Shown piece after piece: positions 8,577-15,441 of a stretch of DNA of 64,000 nt. The stretch's first letter is position 1. Each line of letters opens with the position of its first letter. The stretch is taken from positions 144,909 to 208,908 of IMG/VR virus record IMGVR_UViG_3300043786_000977; one strand, given 5' to 3'. The notes beneath the pieces are model-generated. The model made no database searches, was not told where the DNA came from, and worked only from the letters and a program-made list of their open reading frames with translations. Position numbers and translations under genes: made by a program.

Positions 8577-8810
8577 ATGAACTCGAAATTACAAATCACG
8601 CTATGTGTGTTGGCTTGTGGTGCCTATGTACTCATAACGGCTCTGGCCAGCGCCATGCTGATGAGTGCACGCAGTAATCGTGCGCTGCGTTCGGCTACGC
8701 AGACGTGCAGTCTGACTATCAGTAACCTCACGGTACGCGCTGCCGAGCATGAATACGTGTTGCGCGCATTGGTTCAGTTAGAGGCCCAGCGTGAGGTACA
8801 GAAGCAATGA
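8577..8810 (+). CDS. Hypothetical membrane-anchored protein
   Basis: N-terminal hydrophobic helix, SD AAAGGA. Confidence 0.55.
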   Translation: MNSKLQITLCVLACGAYVLITALASAMLMSARSNRALRSATQTCSLTISNLTVRAAEHEYVLRALVQLEAQREVQKQ

Positions 8811-9322
8811 TTAAGGCGATAGACATATATTCACGGATGGAAGTAAAGCGTCTTGTGCAGTCTGCATCTATTGTTCCTGTAACGCCGCTACCTTTTACTT
8901 GGCATCTGATTTCGGTATACACGGAGCCCCACGCAGAAATGTTGGTACCCGAATCCGTTATTCGTTTGAAACAGCTGGGTTTAGACGAGTCGCTGTCACT
9001 CCGGTTCAGCGATATTACAGACGTGGCCGATTATGAGCGCCGCAAGGAAGAGTATCCCAGTTATGTGAACCTGTTCGACACGACTCATGCCCAACAGGTT
9101 GTAGATTTCCTGCTGCGCATTCAAGCACGGCCCGGACCCGAAGTATTGTTCGTGCATTGCGACGCCGGCATATCGCGCTCGGGCGCAATAGGTACCTTTG
9201 CACGTCAGTTGTTCAATCTGGATATTGAAAAGTTTCTTCGACGCAACTCACAGATTCTGCCTAACGAGTATGTGCTTAAGTTGTTACATGCGGAGTTGGA
9301 CTCACGAGGCGGTGCAGTATGA
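8807..9322 (+). CDS. Protein-tyrosine/dual-specificity (CX5R) phosphatase family protein
   Basis: VHCDAGISRSGA P-loop; LRFSDI acid loop; PN motif near C-terminus. Confidence 0.85.
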   Translation: MIKAIDIYSRMEVKRLVQSASIVPVTPLPFTWHLISVYTEPHAEMLVPESVIRLKQLGLDESLSLRFSDITDVADYERRKEEYPSYVNLFDTTHAQQVVDFLLRIQARPGPEVLFVHCDAGISRSGAIGTFARQLFNLDIEKFLRRNSQILPNEYVLKLLHAELDSRGGAV

Positions 9323-9451
9323 GTAGCGGTTACGGCACCGGCCTTGAAGGTCTGGTTGTGATGGCATTCGTTGGTGTGACGCTCGGCGTGTGGAAGATCG
9401 TTGATATCATTATCTGGATCTGTCGTCATGTGCATGTGAGTTTCTAATTAC

Positions 9452-9527
9452 TCCAGGATAGCTCAGTTGGTAGAGCGCCTGACTGTTAATCAGGTGGTCG
9501 CAGGTTCGAGTCCTGCTCCTGGAGCCA
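9452..9527 (+). tRNA. trnN: tRNA-Asn(GTT)
   Basis: TCCAGGA/TCCTGGA, CCTGA-CTGTTAA-TCAGG, CCA. Confidence 0.95.
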
Positions 9528-9535
9528 ATCAATCT

Positions 9536-9612
9536 GCATCGGTGGTCGAGTGGTTTAAGGCAGCGGTCTGCAAAACCGCTTTTCACAGGTTCGAACCCTG
9601 TCCGGTGCTCCA
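9536..9612 (+). tRNA. trnC: tRNA-Cys(GCA)
   Basis: GCATCGG/CCGGTGC, U73 discriminator, GCGGT-CTGCAAA-ACCGC, CCA. Confidence 0.93.
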
Positions 9613-9827
9613 TTATGAGAAACGTGAAATGCCATGGTTGTAATGCACAACTGACAGTCGAGAAGCGTGCCTACCCTAGTCACTACTACTGTACAGCGCG
9701 CTGTCATGCCCCCGCATGTAAGTTACGCCAGTTCGAACAATTCGCTGGACAGCAATTACGCCGCGGATGGTGTTATAACGGTACTCGAATAGTTCGCATA
9801 ACATGATGTTGAACGACTCAATTTAAC

Positions 9828-9902
9828 GGCGGTTATTGTTTAGTGGTAGAACGACAGATTGTGGATCTGTCCGCACGAGTTCGATTCTCGTTAACCGCCC
9901 CA
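9828..9902 (+). tRNA. trnH: tRNA-His(GTG)
   Basis: 8-bp acceptor with encoded G-1 (GGCGGTTA/TAACCGCC), ACAGA-TTGTGGA-TCTGT, CCA. Confidence 0.93.
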
Positions 9903-9935
9903 CCTGCCTTTCCCTCTTTAATACTTCGTGATACT

Positions 9936-10904
9936 ATGTACGTACAAATAACAACCAAATGCAATTTCGCCTGCGACCATTGTATGTTCTCGTGCCGACC
10001 CGGCAAGGGTCAACACATGACCATGGATACCGTGCGGGCAACTGCGCGGTTCATTAGGTGGCAGGGTAACGAACACTTCTTTATCGGCGGCGGTGAACCA
10101 ACCCTCCATCCCAAGTTCTGGGATGTCGTCGATATCGTTAAGGACTGCAACGCTGACTGGGCAGAAGAGAATGGCTGCCCGCCTGTTCAGTTGGTTACGA
10201 ACGGCAGCAAGACCAAGACAGTGATGCGTCTGGTAGAGATGGCTGATAAAGACGAAGCCTCCGTGCGTTTGAGTCGTGATCAGTTTCATCTCAAGTACCC
10301 GATCGACCCGAGCGTCATCGCAGCTTTTCCGAAGCATTCGCACTTGTCTATCGGTTCGTACATCCATAACGTAGTGAACACGGGCCGAGCCCAGCGTTCC
10401 GTTTGGGCTGCAAATCCACGACCCGGTTGTGACGCCTGTGGACCTGTCGTTACACCTAACGGAAAGATCTGGCGTTGCACTTGCCGTCAGGAATGCATCG
10501 GTGATGTGTTCCGTGGTTACGACTGCGACTCAGAGTTGATCGACTACGACAGCGCAATCGGTTGTACTATCAGGGACGGTAAACTGGTCCGTGACCCCCG
10601 TAGCAATCTCTTAAGGCACAGGCACGAAATGGAAGCAGAAGGTTGGATCTTCAATCCAAACGTGTTTGAAGGCCAACTCGAATTTGATCTTAACAGCGAA
10701 CTATTCAAGGATACGCACCATGGGACGAATAACAGCACTAGGACTGCAGGATCCAATCCTGAAGTTAACGTTGACGGAACAAATACGGATGCATCTGCAG
10801 GGGAACCATTACCCGCCGGTGTCCAAGGTGTTCGTGCCGCTTTGCGTGAAGGCAATACGATTTGCGAACCGGGGAGCGGGGGAACACAAGTTGCGATTGC
10901 CTGA
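9936..10904 (+). CDS. Radical SAM protein
   Basis: CNFACDHC (CxxxCxxC), GGGEPTLHP, VTNG, C-terminal SPASM/twitch-like Cys; start at MYVQ. Confidence 0.88.
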   Translation: MYVQITTKCNFACDHCMFSCRPGKGQHMTMDTVRATARFIRWQGNEHFFIGGGEPTLHPKFWDVVDIVKDCNADWAEENGCPPVQLVTNGSKTKTVMRLVEMADKDEASVRLSRDQFHLKYPIDPSVIAAFPKHSHLSIGSYIHNVVNTGRAQRSVWAANPRPGCDACGPVVTPNGKIWRCTCRQECIGDVFRGYDCDSELIDYDSAIGCTIRDGKLVRDPRSNLLRHRHEMEAEGWIFNPNVFEGQLEFDLNSELFKDTHHGTNNSTRTAGSNPEVNVDGTNTDASAGEPLPAGVQGVRAALREGNTICEPGSGGTQVAIA

Positions 10905-10998
10905 GGGCTATAAGACGCGTGACGGCAAGCGACTTACTACAGTGAGTCATGTGATCGAGGTATATCACTTAGACTCGTGGCTGAAGGAGGCAGAATGA
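10720..10998 (+). CDS. Hypothetical phage protein (HLQGNHYPPV motif)
   Basis: SD AAGGA before ATG; protein-like composition; overlaps the radical SAM tail. Confidence 0.65.
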   Translation: MGRITALGLQDPILKLTLTEQIRMHLQGNHYPPVSKVFVPLCVKAIRFANRGAGEHKLRLPEGYKTRDGKRLTTVSHVIEVYHLDSWLKEAE

Positions 10999-11351
10999 CA
11001 CACGAACAATGGATGGAACTAACGACCGAAGAACAGAGGTTCAAGGTGGCTGAATCGTTGGGGCTTGCACCTTTCTACTGCGGGGATGGAACCATGGGTA
11101 GTCGTCCACCGGATTTACTCTATCGGGCGAGCCACGACGAATTGAAGCCAGTTCCCAATTTCCTTGCTGACCTCAACGCCATGCATGCGTGTATGTTAAT
11201 GGTACGGAATAGGCGTTTGTTCGCAAATTATTACAGGCATCTGCGAGATGTGTTTGCGCAACGCCGCTTGGATTTCAGTACTTGGGACGAACATAACACG
11301 AGTGCAGAGATCCGCGCAGAGGCCTTTGTAATGACCATGGAGGAGCAATGA
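10995..11351 (+). CDS. Hypothetical phage protein
   Basis: SD AAGGAGG; PNFLADLNAMH motif. Confidence 0.6.
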   Translation: MTHEQWMELTTEEQRFKVAESLGLAPFYCGDGTMGSRPPDLLYRASHDELKPVPNFLADLNAMHACMLMVRNRRLFANYYRHLRDVFAQRRLDFSTWDEHNTSAEIRAEAFVMTMEEQ

Positions 11352-11485
11352 CGAAGCGTGGAATGCAGGAAAAAGGGAAGAAGGGTCAGCTGTGCATTAA
11401 GTGTGGCAAGGAGCGCGCTTCACGTACGGGCATGGGTGGCCGGTTACTCTGCAACAAGTGTTTCACAAAAGAATGTGGACTATAA
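11348..11485 (+). CDS. Small Zn-finger protein (45 aa, not in ORF track)
   Basis: SD GGAGG; CIKC...CNKC. Confidence 0.5.
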   Translation: MTKRGMQEKGKKGQLCIKCGKERASRTGMGGRLLCNKCFTKECGL

Positions 11486-11486
11486 C

Positions 11487-12263
11487 ATGATATATCCAAA
11501 TGACATTGTACCTGTCGAGGTACAGCAGGAGATCGGGCCGCCGTATGACTGGTGTGTCCTGTCAGGTTACACAGGCAGTCACGCGTACGGTACCTATGTC
11601 CCGCCTGAACACGAGTTCGGTACGGATGACGTAGACATAATGGGTGTGATGATCCCGCCGGTTGAGTATTACCTGGGGTTCCGCAAGATGGATCACTGTC
11701 TCTACCAGAAGGGTAAGTGGGATATCCTGCTTTACGAGTTCAGACATTTCGTTAGTCTGTTACTCAAGGGTAATCCAAACGTCATCGGTATGCTCTGGTT
11801 ACGACCTGAGGACTACCTGATCAGAAGTCCAGCGATGGATGAACTAATTGCCAATCGACATCTGTTCTGCGGGAAGCATGTCTTCGACTCATTTCGTGGT
11901 TATGCCTCAGGCCAATTATATAAGATGCAGCATGCTGTACGTGAAGGGTACATGGGCGAGAAGCGGCGTAAACTCGTTGAGCGTTTCGGGTACGACGTAA
12001 AGAATGCTGCGCATATGATTCGGCTACTGCGTATGGGCCAGGAGTTCCTCAAGACTGGCACGTTACAGGTGTATCGTACAGACGACGCACAGCAGCTGAT
12101 CGAGATCAAGACAGGGCTGTGGCCGTTGGATCGTGTGATGGACTTGGCGCATGCTGAGTTTGATTGGTTGGATGCTGCCTATGCAGCAAGCACATTACCT
12201 GAGAAACCGCAAACAGCGGAAGTTGAAGCAAGGGTGATTAGCATACTGAAAGGTCGTATATGA
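11487..12263 (+). CDS. Nucleotidyltransferase (DNA pol beta superfamily, YcgL/Nuc-transf-like)
   Basis: GSHAYG...DDVDIMGV; KGNPN; YDVKNAAHMIRLL. Confidence 0.85.
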   Translation: MIYPNDIVPVEVQQEIGPPYDWCVLSGYTGSHAYGTYVPPEHEFGTDDVDIMGVMIPPVEYYLGFRKMDHCLYQKGKWDILLYEFRHFVSLLLKGNPNVIGMLWLRPEDYLIRSPAMDELIANRHLFCGKHVFDSFRGYASGQLYKMQHAVREGYMGEKRRKLVERFGYDVKNAAHMIRLLRMGQEFLKTGTLQVYRTDDAQQLIEIKTGLWPLDRVMDLAHAEFDWLDAAYAASTLPEKPQTAEVEARVISILKGRI

Positions 12264-12658
12264 GTTCGTTGGTAAAGTTGACAACATCCAAGGGTAGGGA
12301 GATTAATCTTGATGAGATTGACGGCTTGGCGGATCGCATCGAGGAACTGACAGACATGCTGGCCGCACGTAGTGAACAGATCACAGAGTTGCGGAGTGTA
12401 ATTCACGATCGTTCAACGTCTGTACCAGACCCGATCGAGTTACCGGCGGTTGCTGAGATCAAACGGGCGTTGGCCCCGGAAGTGCAGCACCAAGCTATGT
12501 ACAGGAAGGTTGCTGTCGAGAAGTACAAGAAGAGCGGTAGTTTCAGCGACGGGGATATCGACTTCGACGCTGAGCCCGAAGTTAGTGCAGCTGATGCTGA
12601 TGCAGACGGCGCTTACGTCGCTGCTTGGGTGTGGGTAAGTAAAGACGAAATCGAATAG
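12260..12658 (+). CDS. Hypothetical protein
   Basis: Overlapping start/stop; C-terminal GAYVAAWVWV motif. Confidence 0.6.
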   Translation: MSSLVKLTTSKGREINLDEIDGLADRIEELTDMLAARSEQITELRSVIHDRSTSVPDPIELPAVAEIKRALAPEVQHQAMYRKVAVEKYKKSGSFSDGDIDFDAEPEVSAADADADGAYVAAWVWVSKDEIE

Positions 12659-12666
12659 AGGTAAAT

Positions 12667-13755
12667 ATGGATCAAGGTCTTAGTCAGGTTGCTATACAGG
12701 GAATCATTCGCCGTAAGATAGGAGATTGGCTGGAGTCGATTGACAACATGGAGTTGCGGCTCTTCCTGTCTGATAAAATCATCGTTACGGGCGGCGCGAT
12801 CGCATCGTTGCTTCGCGGGGAGAAGGTGAACGATTACGATGTCTACTTCACAACGCGGGAAGCAGCCACACGCGTAGCCAGTTATTACTTGGCACGTTTC
12901 GCAGCGAATCCGCCAAAGAGTATGCAGCAGTCACCCGTACGTATGTACGTGGATGATAAGTCAGATCCCGACCGTGTACGTATTGTTATCCAGTCGGCCG
13001 GTGTGATATCTACCGACGGTGATGGCGGCAAGTACGAGTACTTCGAAACGACACCGCCCGCGAATGCCGCAGATTACGTTGCTGACGTGGTAGCCCCGGT
13101 CGTGGATGAAGACGAACAGCGGCTTACCAACGAACTCAGGGACTCGACTACGGATGCCGGTATACCCGACAGTGATAATCCCGAGCTCATGCGCCTCGTC
13201 GAACAGGCAGCCACTGAGGACCTGCCGCCGATGGCGACAGGTCCAGGGGCCAAGGCAAAGAACAGGTATCGGCCGATCTTCCTGTCCGGTAATGCCATCA
13301 CCTTGAGCGACGAGATTCAGCTCATCATCAGGTTCTATGGCCCCGCGGAGGAACTCCACAAGAACTTCGATTTCGTCCACTGCACGAACTACTGGCAGTC
13401 AGAGATGCGTGTCGGCGCGAAGTTCGGGGGTACCCTGGTGGTAAACACGCCAGCCCTTATGAGCCTGATGTCCAAACGTCTGGGGTATATCGGTAGCCGG
13501 TATCCGTTATGCAGTTTGATCCGGACCCGTAAGTTCGTCCGGCGCGGTTGGACGGCGCCGGCCGGTGTGTTCATCAAGGCGATGCACCAGTGCCTGGCCC
13601 TGGACTGGAATAAAATCGAAACCTGGAGAGAACAGTTGACCGGGGTGGATACCGCCTACTTTGCTGAAATCATCGAGATCCTCAAGCGGGATCAGGCAGC
13701 AGGGAAGTCCATAGACTCGGCATACGTCGTTGCCTTAATCGATAGGTTAATTTAA
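12667..13755 (+). CDS. Poly(A) polymerase/CCA-enzyme head-like nucleotidyltransferase
   Basis: VTGGAIASLL...NDYDVYF (GG...DxD) and FDFVH motifs. Confidence 0.7.
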   Translation: MDQGLSQVAIQGIIRRKIGDWLESIDNMELRLFLSDKIIVTGGAIASLLRGEKVNDYDVYFTTREAATRVASYYLARFAANPPKSMQQSPVRMYVDDKSDPDRVRIVIQSAGVISTDGDGGKYEYFETTPPANAADYVADVVAPVVDEDEQRLTNELRDSTTDAGIPDSDNPELMRLVEQAATEDLPPMATGPGAKAKNRYRPIFLSGNAITLSDEIQLIIRFYGPAEELHKNFDFVHCTNYWQSEMRVGAKFGGTLVVNTPALMSLMSKRLGYIGSRYPLCSLIRTRKFVRRGWTAPAGVFIKAMHQCLALDWNKIETWREQLTGVDTAYFAEIIEILKRDQAAGKSIDSAYVVALIDRLI

Positions 13756-13786
13756 CGCGTCTTCGCGTTATAACATATTGTTTAAG

Positions 13787-14348
13787 GATAGCGTTAGCAT
13801 CCTGATGACCAGGGGTATAACCCCTTCATTTCAGGACCAGTGCACCCTGACAGGCAGGTTTCGAGCTGACCCCATGCGGCGGCCGAGTAGCTGTAGCCGT
13901 GGCGGTGCACTGGTCTCTGATCTGACACCAACCCCTTCCCCGAGGCTGTACACATTCAGTTTGACCCCTATACGGGGCTCGGGGAGTCCTCGCCCGGTTG
14001 GCCCGCAGGGGCTTACCACAATATGTGGAGCCGGGTTACTTTCCTAGGTGAGCGACTGATGGGAACCGCATCTTCCTGTATCGTGCGTGTTCCTGATCGG
14101 CAGTCGCTCACTCCCGGTTACCGCGGGGTTCGTCTCATACGTACTCCTCCCCGCGGGTAACCGGGCTCCTTCTCTTCCTCCCTGCCCCTCAGGGGTTTGA
14201 CCACAATACGTGGGTGGGAGACGCTATTACACCGATGATCCCACGATCAAGCGACACCGTCGTGGGGGAGGTTGGGCCATTAGTTGGGCGGTCGATTGGT
14301 AGCGTTAACTGACCTCGACGCTGCTTAAAGTCACGGACCGTGAGGTCA
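13787..14348 (+). ncRNA. Large multi-stem structured non-coding element (family unassigned)
   Basis: Perfect 12-bp (13835-46/13904-15) and 11-bp (14048-58/14101-11) stems, 16-bp stem (14113-28/14149-65), long-range closing stem, 3' pseudoknot; G-U pairs favour the + strand. Confidence 0.65.
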
Positions 14349-14379
14349 TTCTTTCCCTCTGTCAACGCTGTAAAAGGTG

Positions 14380-14409
14380 TTGACAAGGGTTCATGCCCTG
14401 TGTTTTAAT
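14380..14409 (+). promoter_or_regulatory. Sigma70-like promoter upstream of the small-RNA array
   Basis: TTGACA-18nt-TTTAAT with upstream TG; the -35 sits in a hairpin TGTCAAC..GTTGACA. Confidence 0.5.
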
Positions 14410-14455
14410 ACACACGTTTACCCACTATAGGGCACCGATCTTTCATATTTTAACA

Positions 14456-14596
14456 TGCGGATAGTAGGAGTCAGGCAGCAGCATAAACTACAGGACCTAG
14501 ATGTCGTTGGTTCAAGTCCAACACCCTGCGCCAATACAGTTGCAGGGTTAGCTCAGTTGGTAGAGCACCAGGAAAAAACTGATTCTGTAATCCGCA
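14456..14596 (+). ncRNA. YrlA-like Y RNA (permuted tRNA mimic)
   Basis: T-arm GTTGG-TTCAAGT-CCAAC precedes a loop-closed acceptor (ACCCTGC-GCCA..GCAGGGT) and D-arm GCTC-AGTTGGTA-GAGC; 5' and 3' ends pair (TGCGGAT/ATCCGCA); lies upstream of the Ro-like gene. Confidence 0.75.
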
Positions 14597-14614
14597 CCAT
14601 CTTCGAGGTTGTTA

Positions 14615-15363
14615 AGAGTGGCACAGCAAAAACTCGTCCTCACGGACATTGCTTTCCCAGCAAACCAGAGTCCACTCTGTATTTTTCATTTTAGCTTCGG
14701 ACTGTAGAATTCGTACAGCAAACAACTACCTCCTGCATAAGGAGGTTTTCGCCCTCATATGCGAAAACTATATCGAATTCGTAGTCCTCTTTTTCTCATC
14801 GTTCGTAAGGATAGCGCAGCAATCAATCGCCCTTCGGGGCACTAGCCTGTTAAGCTAACCACAGTCTATCCTGTGACCTTTCATTTTCGTACACTCTGTG
14901 ACTTCAGCAACTATCGTAGGGATAGCGCAGCAATCAACCGCCCTTCGGGGCACTAGTTATTGGAACTAACCATAGCCTATCCCGTGACTTTTCACTTTTC
15001 AACGCACTCTGTGACTTAAGCGAGCACCGTAGGAATGAGTCGGCAGTCGGCCCTTAACCGGGCGCTACTTCGTCCGAAAGGATGCATGAAAAACTGTGGT
15101 ACCGGGCACATATGTGTTAACGGGCCACGCGGTGTGATCATTGATTACGCACACTGATATAATAAAAGGTAATCCGTTGCGCACGAGTCGTTATCTTGGG
15201 CGGTCCCGCCGAGGGACTTAAATAACCGTGCAAGTATTCTGTGGTGCTAGCTTATCTGTTCTTGTTAAGGATGACGCAGCAAATATCACCCCGCAAGGGG
15301 CGATGGGTTCGATTCCCATAGAGCCCGTTAGGGCTTTGTCAATGGCGACAAATAAGTCATCCT
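14615..15363 (+). ncRNA. Array of six CAGCAA-marked stem-closed small-RNA units (putative Y-like RNAs)
   Basis: Units at 14615-78, 14699-787, 14808-72, 14919-83, 15032-240, 15268-363. Each has a 5' stem strand, then CAGCAA (CGGCAG in unit 15032), internal hairpins, a 3' stem strand, then GT and a U-rich tail. Confidence 0.65.
14804..15020 (+). repeat. Diverged ~111-nt tandem duplication of two RNA units
   Basis: CGTARGGATAGCGCAGCAATCAAYCGCCCTTCGGGGCACTAG... repeated with compensatory substitutions. Confidence 0.9.
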
Positions 15364-15379
15364 GTACTTTGTTATGTAA

Positions 15380-15413
15380 GGCCTCGTCCGAGTGGACGGG
15401 GCCTTTGCCTTTT
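15380..15413 (+). terminator. Terminator-like hairpin between the RNA array and the Ro-like gene
   Basis: GGCCTCGTCC-GAGT-GGACGGGGCC followed by TTTGCCTTTT. Confidence 0.5.
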
Positions 15414-15441
15414 GTAGACGACAACAATAAGGAGACGATGA

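Noticed and set aside
13802-13835. Hammerhead ribozyme (CTGATGA core)
   Set aside because: No GAAA after the stem-II candidate and no stem I/III arrangement
14038-14045. RNase P RNA on the minus strand (AGGAAAGT)
   Set aside because: Only a partial P4 match; other conserved RNase P segments not found; G-U pairing favours the + strand
14456-14596. Functional circularly permuted tRNA gene
   Set aside because: No anticodon stem-loop can be formed; the ends pair into a long stem, matching Y-RNA (YrlA) topology instead
14615-15363. CRISPR array
   Set aside because: Units are 65-210 nt with internal structure and only a 6-nt shared motif; no constant repeat/spacer pattern; no cas genes in the window
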